From: Lama guanicoe
Taxonomy: Eukaryota
Length of the DNA stretch: 64,000 nucleotides
Reading direction: 5' to 3'
Assembly: GCA_013239625.1 (NCBI GenBank)
Contig: MU053520.1
Span: 462,934 to 526,933 of the forward strand
Shown piece after piece: positions 12,664-24,869 of this stretch. How positions within the stretch are numbered: the stretch's first letter is position 1; each line of letters starts with the position of its first letter. A program made the translations under genes and the position numbers. The notes below the pieces were generated by a model. The model worked only from the letters and a program-made list of their open reading frames with translations, ran no database searches and was not told the DNA's origin.

Positions 12664-15329
12664 ATTCATGTAATCATCCAGGGTGTTTATGTGTCACCTA
12701 AAGTTGTACAGTCACCCAATGACTCCAAATAAGAACTCTTGTTCTAAAATGTTTCAACTGCATAAAACTTGTAGGGCAGTGGACATGGGTGATAAACAAT
12801 ATGGATGATGGTAAGTGTAATGTAGATGATAAGCAAGTGATTCATCCTGGGTTCATATATTTCTCACATTGAACTTGGCTTCAAATGCTCTTATTCAAAG
12901 GTCAGTGTTCAAATACAAAGTTTTATTGTGGGATCACAACTTGATTCAGAATTTTTCAGTCTCCAAATTGACTGGCATTTTCATGGATACCATGCTCCTT
13001 TTGCATGCTGTCATTTCTTGGGTACTTAAAAAAAAAAGTCACACACACAGTTAACTTCACTGTCTTCTGAAACATAAGGAGCAGTTTCTTCGCAAGTTAT
13101 CCATCTTTTTGAAAATACAGTGTTTCAGCCAAGAACTGTTTCCTGTAGTTGACTTCAACTGCTGCCCTTTGGTTTCATCAGCATTTTTTTTTTCTTTCTG
13201 AAGTTATATGTTGTAGTCTGAAGTCCACCGTGTTTGTCTTTTCATGTATAACATGGAATTCAGTAGAAACCACCTGAAGATTCATAAAGCCTCTTAGAGC
13301 ATTTTACCCTCTGATTAGATTTGCATGTATTCACATTCTGATTGCCCCAAATGTAATTAGCTTTTCCTGTTTACCAATTATCTGGGAAGATTTGCCAAAT
13401 GCATCTTGACAGTGTTCTGACAGGAATTTGCAGCAGTTACAAATGATTTGCAATAAGTTCATTTATACCATAGTGTAATTCTATGCTACATGAAGAATGA
13501 ACACTATTTATTCATGCAATATGAGAAACATTCTAAGGGATTTCTGTCAAAGAGAATAGGGTCATTATTTGTTGGAATGAACAAGTCATTAAGAAGCATA
13601 ACACACAAATCTCAACCAAAAATTTTTTCTTTCTAATTTTACTTCCCATAACATTGAACTTAAGGTATTTTCTATCAATGTAAAACCAAGAGTGAGCTAA
13701 TCAGCTCTTAAAAATTCAAATTAACGGTGAAAAAAAAAGGTACCTTGATATTTCAGAAAGTGTGCATACTGAGCTTAAAAGATAATAACATTTAAACTAA
13801 ATGATGAAACCTCATGTTAAACTCATGGTCATCTTCTTCATTTTCTATTTGATACAGAAAATTCTGATTAAAAAATCAGTTAAGAGATGAGCAAACACTT
13901 CTTGCTATGTTTGCTGGTTATCTTTCTTCTTAGTAGGAAAAATAATCATTTAGGTTTAAAATGTATTGTTTTATAAGAACTGAATAGTAGATATTTATCT
14001 TTATGTCAATAAATCATGGTTAAACAGAATGGATGAGAGCCAAATTTGGTACCTCTCCCTATAAAAAGACATGATGAAAGGATGAAATGCAAATGGCCAC
14101 TAAACTTATTAAAATGTTCAAACTCATAAGGAGTCAACAAAATGCAAATGATTCTAGCAAAGAAATGTCCTTTTCATCTATAAAGTTGGAAAATAAAATA
14201 AAATGACTAATAGGTCATTGCTACTTACCTATCTATATATCCATCTAATCCTTGCTCTGTCTTTCCAAGGATTTGAGAAAACCTGGAGGAAATACAAACT
14301 TACAGGCCATTGACACACATATGCATTTTGACATGCACAAACACACACATACAAATAAAGACCAAGAAATATATGATAAAATCAATATTACCAGCCAAAC
14401 AGAGAAACTGTTTTAAATACAACCATTTTATGTGTATGTAAGTATAAATATACTTTATTAGTGATCCCTTTCACCCAAAAAAAAAAAGAGCTCCTGTTTG
14501 AATTATTTATATGATCATCTGAAAAATAGGCCGAGCTAATTTTATTGTGGAAGGATCTCACTGAGAGGCTATGAAGTTAATAAAAGAAGTAAAAAAAAAA
14601 TGTAGATAGGAAAAATGAGGTCAAATTTGTTTTTCTCCAAAATGTTAATAAATTCATAAATGCCAAGCAAGACTGATGGACTTAAGAGAAAGAATGAGAG
14701 TGAGTGCAAGTGACAGAGGGGGAGACCAAGAGAGACAGGGACAGAGAGACAGAGAGAGCACGCATGACAGGCAGATGGCACAAATGACCAATCTTGGGAT
14801 TAATCTTGGGATTAAATAAAGGAGAGAACAACAACAACAAAAAAAAAAGACAGAGAGAGAACATTCTATAGCAAAACGTTTAAAAATTAAAAGGAAATAA
14901 ATATCTAGCAATATTTTTCTACTAACATAGTTTCCCAATTTGAAAAGGCTGCTCCCTGAAAGAAGAGGGGCAAATTTGATAAAAGGAGTACTTTTTGGTG
15001 CCTTCCTTTAGGCAAATGCAGCCCAATGCCAGAGCACAGAGCTGAGTGAGCAGAGTGTAGACTGGATTTCAGTTACCCTCACTCTCTTAGATAGGTGCCT
15101 TTGTGCAGTACACAAACTTTGCAAACACATGTGACAGACCAAAGTCTTAAATGCAGTTCAGATCTCAGGGGATTTCAACATTTAACTGGTCAACAAAATA
15201 ATCCACTACATGATTTTAAGAGCTGGATTATAGGACACAGTAAGTGTCTTAGATGCCATGCAGTGAAATATCATGCAATGAAATATGTGATGGGGAGGGA
15301 AGTTAGTGGCTTATTAGACCTATATGTTG

Positions 15330-18300
15330 GTGAGATGTCAGCATTTTAAACAAAGTGTTATAATATTAACTGTAGTTTGAAAATTTAAGCACACTTATTG
15401 TAATCTCGAAAGCAATCATTTAAAATATACATGAGATAAAAAACACATGAGCTAAAGAAGCAATAAGTAATTCAATGTAGGTAATGTAGGTAATTTAAAA
15501 TAAAATATTTAAATAACCCAAAGGAAAGCAAAAAAAGAGAAACTAAAAGGGACTGGCAAAAAAATAGTAAAATGGTAGATCTAAATCTAACTATATAAAT
15601 AATTACGTTAAATATCAATGGGCTATCTTCATAATCTTGGCAGTGTTTCTTAGCTACAACATTAATACCATAAGCAGAATTTTAAAATAGAGAAATTGGA
15701 AAATTAGACTTCACCAAAATTAAAATTACTGCACTACAATTTATACAATTAAGAAAGTGAAAGATAATCCAAGAAAGAATGAGAGAAATATTTGCAAATC
15801 ATGAATCTCATACAGTACCTGTATCCAGAAAATAAAGAACTTTTATTATTTAATAATAAAAAATATATGTAATCAAGTCCCAAAACAGGCAAAGGATATT
15901 GAGTACGTGTTTCTTCAAAGAAAGTGTGTAAGAGGTCAGTCAATAAGCATATGAAACAATGCTGAATATCATTAATCATCAGGAAAATGCAAGTCAAAAC
16001 TACAATTAGATACCACCTCACACTCACTAGATGACTATGAGAAAAGACAAAATGACAAATATTGGCAAGGATACAGAGAAATCGGAATGCTCACATATTG
16101 CCAGTAAGAATGTAAGAAAAAATCAGTTACATTTCTATGTACTAGTAGCAAATGATAGAAAATAAAATGTAAAAACCAATTTTATTCATAATAGCATCAA
16201 AAGTATTTAGGAATAAATTTGGGGAAAACCTCTAAAATGAATGCTATAAATAGCTGAGATGAGTTTAACAGTGTGGGATCTGTCCAGCAGAAGTCCCATC
16301 GAGACTCAAGACCCTGTGGAAAGTTGAGAGAGCGAGGGGGAGTCAGAGATCAACTCCCCGAGCCTCTCAAACACTTTCATATTTATTGTGTACAATCAAA
16401 GAAAAGATGACAAACAATTGTGTCATGGAATGCAGGAGTTTAAGGAAAAACAGAATTGGGTAGAGATCATAAAATCTACAATGAGTACAAAGGCTTAATT
16501 TACCCTTAGGGCAGTCATGGGGAGAGGGAACCAAGGTACATCCTTCGAATATAAGATGCTGATTACAAAACAGATCACCAGACCAGCCAGTTCCTTGTCT
16601 TGGGGGTTATAGAGTATCTAAACAGCAGAAAGTATGCCCAGCATTTATAGCTGAGGGCATGGGTCTTCTCTCTGCAACAAGCAGAGTAAACCTTGAACTA
16701 TGGACCTATGCTTAAAACAAGCCATGCCCTGCATTTATAGCAAGGGACACACAATGGCTTTGCCATTGTGGAAGCAGCCCTAAGCTAAAACCTCAACTAT
16801 GTAAGCAAGGCATTGTCTCTGCTTTTTACAGCAAGGAGATAGGAGTGTGGATACACAGGTGTCTGTTAGCAAAGCACATTTATTCTTCCTAAAAGTCACA
16901 AGCAGCTGGGGTCTGTTACAATGTATTAACCCAATCATTGGCTCCAACATAACAAGATATAAATAAGGAAAGAGGTGTGCCATTTTTATTAACTGGAAAA
17001 TGTAATATAATTAAAATGTCTTTTTTCTGCCCAATTTGATCTATAAATTCAATGTCATCCTAAAACTCCAAAAGACTTTTCATTAAACTTGATGAGTTGA
17101 CTAAGATATATATTGAACTGCAAAGGAACTATATACAAGGCTCTCTTAAAAGAAGAAAAAAAGCTTAAAGGCCTTACATTTCTTGAATTCAGAATTAACA
17201 ATAAAAGTACCAAAGTCAAGACTATATGATAAAAAAAAATAAGTTTCTGAGAGAGACAGAGACAGAGAGACAGAGATAGAGATATCAATATAACAAAATT
17301 TCAAATCTAGTAGGTGTATGTAGTAGGACACAAAGGTATAAATATAGTCATTTATTTTTGAACAAAAGAACCAAGGCATCCCATTGGGTTAAATGATTGT
17401 TTTTCAAGAAATGGTGCCAGAATAATTAAATATTCATAAAGACAATATAGAAACACTAAAACTATAAAGCACTGTAGAAGAAATGCAGAATAGTATAGTT
17501 GTGACTTTCAGTTAGCTAAGTGTTTCTTATATAAGTCACAGAAATCAATAACTACAATAGCAAATTAAGTAAATACTAGAATGTGTGTATATATATGTGT
17601 ATATATATTCACAAAGGCTGGTACCTAAAATATCTAAGATATTCTTACAAATCAATAACAAAAGTAAAAATGACTTAATAAAAAGAGGCAAAATTGAATA
17701 GACACTTTTCAAAAGATTTTCTACATTATAAGTCATCAGCGAAATGGAAAATAAATTTACCACCCACCAAAAGGGTTGAAACAAAAAAGATTAATGATAA
17801 CAATTGTCTTGAGGATGTGGAGCAATTTAATTCCCATATGTTGGTGAAAATGTAAGATAATGCAACCACTTTGGAAACATTATGACAATGTCTTAGTTTC
17901 TTATAAAATTGAACATACACCCAGCATACATCACAGAAATTTCATTTCTAGGTATTCAATCATGAAAAATGAAAACAAATATTAACATGAAGACTTTTAC
18001 ACAAATATTCTTGATAATTTCATTCATGATTGTTTCAGAAAGGAAACAGTTTCCACCAATAACAAAATGAATGTACAAATTGAAGTATGTTTGTTTAATG
18101 CAATACTACTCAGCTGCAAGAGGAAACTACTGTTTCACACACAAAAAGAATCAGTATCAAAAGCATCAATAATGTGACAAAACACAAGAGAACATGCTAT
18201 ATGATTCCACTGATATGAAGTTCTTTACTAGGCAAAATTGATTAATGGTGGGGAAGAATTAAAGATTGCTGGTGGGGATAGGGTTTGAATGGGAAAATGC

Positions 18301-18720
18301 ATAAGTTTCCAGAGTCATTGTAATATCCTGTATCTTGATACGCATCTGTGTTTCACAGATGTAAGCATTCATTAAAAACACAGGAAATGTACACTTAATA
18401 TTTATGTATTTCACTGTAAGCAAAAGAAAAAAATCTGAAAATAAATATTGAAATTGAGCTAATAGAGTCCACATTATAATATTTAGGTGGAAGTGTACTG
18501 ATGTCTATAAATTACTTCAAAACATCAAAAACAATATAATGTTGGGTAGATAGAGTATTGGGTACATATAGAGGATAGGTACATACATGATAAAGCAAGG
18601 GCAGTAAAATGTTAATGGTAAATATGAGATGGTACATTTATTGGTCTTTACTACAAAATACTTTCCTTATGGCATATGTTTGAAAAATCTCGTAATTAAA
18701 TGATGGGGAAAATTATTTTA
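15330..18720 (+). mobile_element. Fragmented old L1 (ORF2 pieces plus L1M 3'UTR), interrupted by an LTR
   Basis: 'aatggtagatctaaatctaactata', 'gaaaatgcaagtcaaaactacaattagataccacctcacac', 'gatctataaattcaatgtcatcc' and 3'UTR motifs. Confidence 0.75.
16272..16949 (-). mobile_element. Solo LTR, probably ERV2/ERVK (betaretrovirus-like) class
   Basis: TG...CA termini, 6-bp TSD taacag/taacaa, minus-strand AATAAA at ~16382-16387; splits an L1 ORF2 fragment. Confidence 0.75.
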
Positions 18721-19081
18721 AAGTTAGGTAGGTATTACCTACCTAGCAGATAGAACCTAGCAGACAGAAAAAGATAGAGGACTAGTAAATAGATTTATGA
18801 GGCTTATAATTAATCTTGAACTGAAGCATAGAAATTTGTTTCTTTATATATAAATGGAAATGTTAAAAGTAACATCTCTGTGTTATTTTAAGGATTAAAA
18901 TCATGATGAGCATGAGTATTTGACATATAGCATAACCATCAATAATTGTTAGTATAACGACAACAGGGAGAAAAATAAAGAATAAACTGCAAGTAACCCA
19001 AGTAGTTTATTTTAGCTAGATTACATGGAACCAAGAGAAAGATGTGAAAGTAAATAATACTTGGGAAGTAGGTTAGGACAA

Positions 19082-19782
19082 TGGGGTAGCCAAAATTCTA
19101 ACATGGTCCCCACAAACTCCCCTCTCCTGGTGTATACACCCTGTATAGTTCCCTCCCTTTGGGTATGAGCAGAAATTGTGAATATGATGGATATATTTCT
19201 TAGATTAGGTTACCTTGTATGGCAAAAGTTAAGGGATTTCACAGATAGCAACAAGGTCTCAAATCAATTGTCTTTAAGTTAATCAAAGGGAAACTCATGG
19301 GTGGGTCTGACTTAATCAGGAAAAAGTCCTTATAAGAGGAAATGAGCCCTTATTGAAAAGGGAGAGTTGTTTTTCTTTGTTTGTTTGTTTGTTTTGTTTT
19401 TTTCTGGCTTCAAAGAAGTAAGGTGTCAAGTTGTAAGAGGTTCACATGCCTAGGATATGAGGATGGCCCTCAGGAGCTGAGAATGACCTACTGCTGACAA
19501 CCAGAAAGAAAATAAGGGCCTTATGTTTGTCCCATATTCACAAAGAATTGAATTCCCCAAATAATCTGAGGGCATCTGGAAGCTAATTTTTCCCAAACCA
19601 AGCTCCCTGTGAGAACCTAGCCCTGTTCAACATCTTGATTGCAGCCTTGTGTGACCCTGAGGAGAAGACTGCATTACCTTATGCCTAGACTCATGACCCA
19701 TGAAAACTGCAACATAATTAAACATGTGTTGTTTTCAGTAGCTGAGTCTGTGGTAATTTGTTGCACAGTAATCAAAAACTAA
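19082..19782 (+). mobile_element. MaLR solo LTR (MLT1E-like)
   Basis: 'aaaattctaacatggtcccc...', 'aagttaatcaaagggaaactcatgggtgggtctgacttaatcagg', 3' 'gtggtaatttgttgcacagtaatcaaaaactaa'. Confidence 0.85.
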
Positions 19783-19938
19783 GGGGGGTGGATAGAGCTC
19801 GGTGGTAGAGTGCATGCCTAGCATGCACAAGATCCTGGGTTCAATCCCCAGTACCTCCATTTAAAAAAATTAATAAATAACTAAGACTAAACCTAATTTC
19901 CTCCACCTCCAAACAGACAAAGAAACAAACAAACAAAA
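19783..19938 (+). mobile_element. tRNA(Ala)-derived SINE (camelid Vic-1-type)
   Basis: A box-like 'agagctcggtggtagag', B box 'gggttcaatcccc', AT-rich body 'aaacctaatttcctcc', A-rich tail. Confidence 0.85.
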
Positions 19939-20333
19939 AGTGACATCATGATTTTAAATTCCAAGCTAAATATTCTGAACATTTATTGTTCAATTGAAAC
20001 AAATTTATAAAAAGAAGTAGATCCATGACACCTTTTAGGGAAGAATTAGTATGATCTGAGGGAAGTTAAAAAGAATCAATAAACAGGGATAAGTTTGCCC
20101 ACAGTGTGACTTATAAACTCTTATATCTCAGTTTCTTAACAAACTGAAGGTTTATTTTTCACTTTGTAGCAGTCTGTTGTAAGCATTTGCCTTAGCAACT
20201 TACCTCCATTGTCACCCAGGAATCTTGGGTGTGTGTGTTCTGCAGCTCTGGCCTCTTGGATTTCCATGCCTCTCTCCAGGCAAACAAGAGGAAGATCATA
20301 GAAAATTCATATCCTAACTCTTAACTGTGTTAG

Positions 20334-20772
20334 TGTTACTGAGACCAAACTCATTCTGCTCGCTGCACGACAGGTCAATAAATCGGGAGACGAGGTGTTG
20401 GGTCAAGGAATAGCAACTTTATTCAGAAAGCGAGCAGACCGAGAGGATGGCAGACTAATGTCTTGGAGAAACATCCTCCTCCAGTCAGAATATAGGCTCC
20501 TTTTATACAAAAAAAAAAGGGGGGGGGGTGGAGTGTGGTTTGTTATTGCAAACTTCTTGGTGTAGGAATTCTTTATTCTTGCAGCCATCCATGGGCCAGC
20601 TCATGGTGCTTCTATGAAACCTCCAACAAAACAAATGTTATTCTCTATTCTGCAACTTGTTATCTTTACATGAGTTCAGAGCTGACAAGATTAAGCCTAG
20701 AAAACAGGGCACAGTGGTCAAAGCCAAAGGAACAGAGCTAATACAGAGTTAGATTTGTTCTTTTCTATTACA
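20334..20772 (-). mobile_element. Solo ERV1 LTR nested in an older MaLR fragment (~20130-20900)
   Basis: TGTTAC...TTACA termini, 4-bp TSD ttag/atag, minus-strand AATAAA at ~20418-20423, retained CpGs. Confidence 0.8.
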
Positions 20773-21004
20773 ATAGGAAAGAAAGAATACAGATCACTTC
20801 CACTCAAACAAACTGGATATAAGGAGTCATGTGTTCTCAATTTAACTGCCAGAATGCCTGGGAAATGTACAGGAGCCCATGGAATATTTGGTGACCCCAG
20901 ATTGTGTCTACCCAGAGAGAATTTCAAGAAGGGAGAAGGCAAATGTCAAATGCTGCAGAAAAGTAAAGATGAACAATGACGAAAAATTAGTTATTAGGTT
21001 ACAA

Positions 21005-21208
21005 GAGGAGCCTACACAGGGCAAATCCAGCCTGATGCCTGCATTTATGAATAAAGTTTTATTGGAATACCTCCTGTTCATTTTTGATATATTGTTTATG
21101 GCTGCTTTTGTGCTATGACGACAGAGTTTAGATGTGGCAGAGATTTTGGCTGGCCGAAACTAACATACTTACTGTGTAGTCCTTTGCAGGAATAGTTTGT
21201 CAACCGCA
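21005..21208 (+). mobile_element. hAT-Charlie MITE (MER58A-like)
   Basis: 'gggcaaatccagcctgatgcctgcatttatgaataaagttttattggaa...tgtttatggctgctttt...aatagtttgtcaacc'. Confidence 0.8.
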
Positions 21209-21364
21209 GGATTACATGATTAGAAAATGCATTATGATTTGTAAGGGGTGAATAAAGTCATGAGGGAAGGAATAATAGGTAAATGAGAAAGCAGATTAAT
21301 AAAGTAGATATAACTCCTTTAGAAGTTTGCTGGAGAAGAAAATAGAAAAAACATGTTTTTAAAT

Positions 21365-21474
21365 ATATTTATGTATATGCATGACTAAAACATTGTGCTG
21401 TACAACAGAAATTGACACATTGTAACTGATGGTACTTCAATAAAAAAATCGAGGAAGTTCTCATAAAAAAAAAG
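21365..21474 (+). mobile_element. Extremely 5'-truncated L1 3' end with 18-bp TSD
   Basis: TSD aaaaacatgtttttaaat at 21347-21364 and 21475-21492; body 'gcatgactaaaacattgtgctgtacaacagaaattgacacattgtaactg...caataaaaaaa'. Confidence 0.9.
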
Positions 21475-22939
21475 AAAAACATGTTTTTAAATTTTGTGAC
21501 TTACTTATTCATTTGTAGTGTCTTTGATTTATTTTGCCAAATAGTCCTATCATGAAACCTAAGGATGTTGATAGTCACAGTGGAACTCTGCCAATGGAGT
21601 TCCATGATGAAATAATTGAAGAAGTGAGGTTCTGGGAGTAGTTAAAATGGGATGAAATTACAAGACTCAGTGGAAGGCCCCGCCTTGTTAGGGATGATGA
21701 ATTTAAAATTTCCCTGAGTCAAGCCTGAAAAGAGAAGAAAGAATCACTCTACACTATTTTATAATTACTTATTTTTGTAACTACAAATTTAATTTAGTAC
21801 ATATTAGACAGTTGAACACAATCGAAATTTAGAAAAGGAGAAAATAAATTTCTTCCATATGAAATATGAACTATTGTTGATAAAAAGCAAGTGTCAGTTC
21901 TTCTGCATTTTTCTGGGCATGACTTAACCTACATAATTTATTTATATTTTACACAGATAAGTTTATATGTGTGTGTGTGTGTGTATACTGTTCTTTATTT
22001 GCTTTCTTTAACATGATTTGTCAGTCATGTATATACATCTTTCTCTTTTTAATAGGCCCACCTAGAAGACCCCATATACAGATACTATAAGTTTTATCTT
22101 AAGAATTCATGTACACTTAAGTTATTTCTAATTTTAGTTATTAGGAGACTGCAATTAGTATGTTCATAAGTATGTCTTACTTTTATAAATAGTTCCATGG
22201 GATAAATGCTAAAAGTGGAGCTAGTAGTCATTTTAAACTAAAGAGGACATATTGAGGGACTGCACATTAAATAGTGCTAATATTATCCAGTCAGCCACAA
22301 GCAGATTCGTCACCTGTGTATAGGAGAGAAAGGCTGTAATCAAGACTTGAAGAGAGTAGAAAAGCTCTGGAACAAATAATGCCATGTGACACTAACCTTG
22401 CAACATTTTTTTTTCAAACTATAGTACTGTTTTATCCTATTACCTCTATATCCTTACACAGCTTCTGGGTGATCTGTGGCTATACATAAAGTACAGTTTT
22501 CATTGTTATGAAAATGTGATGGCTGACAGGAGAGCTAATCTTGCCATAGTCCCAAAAAGACTTTTCTTGTTCTTTGATCTGGATACCATGTTATTTGAAA
22601 GAGCTCTTGCAAAAGGATAGCACACCACAAATCTGAGAGTGTCTCATTTCTTCACGCTGACCTGAATGTGAAGAAATATGACCTATTCCAAAGTCTACAG
22701 TTGGGATATTGGGAAAATGGACTCAAGTTCCTACTGAAAAGTCTAGATATGTTTGCAATGTTCTCTAGTTAACCTGCATTACCGGTTCATCTAACCACTA
22801 TGACCAAACTTACTGATTTGCCTTGCCCGTCTTTATAAAATAAATTTTCAACACAGAAACTATTCTCTTAGAGAAAAAAAAAAGTTTAAATATTCACAGC
22901 TAGCCTAAGGGATGGGTATTTTAATTGTTCTTTGCTTAT

Positions 22940-23300
22940 ACATACATTCAATGAATGTGCTTTAAGAGCTTACTCTGTACCAGGACTTAGCTAGTTTGCT
23001 TAGCATACAAGGAGGGGTAAGACATAGCCTCTGGTTTCGTGAAACTTTCAGTCCACCAGGGAAAAAGAAAAACAGTTAAAATATTTTTATATCATGGAGA
23101 AGTCAGGGTTTCACTGGTTTTGCAGAAAGTTAAAATAAGTCCTATGTAATGAAAAGTTTGAACAAAGTGAGAGAAAGCACAGTTTCCTGGGAGTACTGAA
23201 AGTTATTTCAGAAGAATTAGATGTTAGGAATTGGAGGGAATACTGCAAAGGGGAGGTAAGCTATGTGCAACAAAAGTGTTATGACAGAAAGACTGCAGAA
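22940..23300 (-). mobile_element. L2 fragment
   Basis: 'catacattcaatgaatgtgctttaagagcttactctgtaccagg...aagacatagcctctg'. Confidence 0.6.
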
Positions 23301-24509
23301 TATGACTTAATTCCTCCTTATTTCTTCAGGCAGATAGTCTTCGTGCATATATCTGACTTTGTATTTGGAGAAATTAAAGATTTATTCAAATTTTAAACAA
23401 AATACATTGAATTTGAAATGAGCAAAGAATTTCAAATTCAAAGAATATCCAAATTTTCCAGGGATAATGAAAATTAGTATGAGCATTTTTACTTACATTT
23501 GGCATTTACAGGTAAATACATCAATATAATTTAGTCTTCTTTCAGAGTCCTAGCGTCAAAAGAGGTAAGTATAAAATGAATTACAACTTACCTTTTTTTT
23601 CTAATGTCTGCTTAGAGAAGAAACTCCTGGTTATTTTCAAAGAACATAAGATCCAAAATTAATTAGGTGCAATTCATTGCCATTTCCAAATCTATTGCAT
23701 CAGTAACATTAACTAGCATAAAGAATATGTTGATTCTTATTGTTCACTCTCAATATTCAATCTTCCCTATTTAAACCTTTTTGGATTTATTGGGTGAAGG
23801 AGTGAGTGAAACCCGATAAAGCAAAAGATTTTGCAGATCTGTATTTTAAATATTGCAGAGATTTGACTGAAGTTGAATATTGTTTAAGTAGAAACAATGT
23901 ACATAAAGATGGCTAGCTCATTATGTAATGATGATAATCTGCTTTGCCACCACACTTCCCACCACAATATAGTTACATTGAGACCACTAGTTAATCACAT
24001 TTATCTAGCTATCTGTTGTTAAACTGGGCATGACATTGTCAGTGCTGTAGAATCTTATAGCTGGACTACAGCTTTTTAGTGGTGTTTGGCAAATACAAAA
24101 CAGATTGAGAACAATATTTTCTGCAAATGAATGAGGCACTCAGATCATCTGCACTCCTCATCGCCATTGAACAGGCACAAAAATGGCAAAAGGATAATTA
24201 TTTTAAATTTTGTTGTGCATTGTGTTAAAATTATATTTAACAAGTAACAACATGAAAGGCTAAAAAAAGATGTTAAGAAGCTTAATACACAGAAAATTTA
24301 AAAATTTACTCTTTGATGTGTGCACACAAACTATTAAGATTATTTCCACTTGATTTTCATGTAAAATAAAATGTTTTGGTGTTTAGGAAAATAAATACAT
24401 ATATTCAACATATATTTGTAGTTGCCTAAAATTTTATTGTGTGACCATGTGGAAAACAGTATTTGAGGCACTGGGGATATAAAACTAAATAACATTTAAA
24501 AGAAGATTA

Positions 24510-24848
24510 AAATAAGAAATGTATTGACTCACAGTTTCAGAGATTAGAATTCCAAAATCAAGATATTAGTGAAACCAAGCTTCCTCTGAAAACTCTAGGG
24601 GAGGATTTTTCCGTGTTTGTTCCTTCTCCTGGTAGCTCCAGGTTTTTCTTGGCCTGTGACTTCCTCTGTCTTCTTCCTTTGTGTCTGTGTCTCTCTGTCC
24701 TTCTTCTTCTTTGGACACCAGTCATATTAAGACCTATATGACCACATCTTGAATAATTACACCTACAAAGATCCTATTTCCAAATAAGGTCATTTTCTGA
24801 GCTCCAGCTGTGCATGAATTTTTGGAGGACCATTCTGTCTAATACACA
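24510..24848 (-). mobile_element. MaLR LTR fragment (MLT1B/C-like)
   Basis: 'gaaatgtattgactcacagtttcagaga...tccaaaatcaagat', 'aattacacctacaaagatcctatttccaaataaggtca'. Confidence 0.8.
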
Positions 24849-24869
24849 TGCCATAGAAGAAATGGTAGG

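Noticed and set aside
14790..14815. Tandem 12-bp duplication (aatcttgggatt x2)
   Set aside because: Only two units, consistent with ordinary slippage; not an array
19783..19860. tRNA-Ala gene
   Set aside because: The tRNA-like head continues into a SINE body and A-rich tail, and a second copy lies at ~57.1-57.2 kb; it is a SINE
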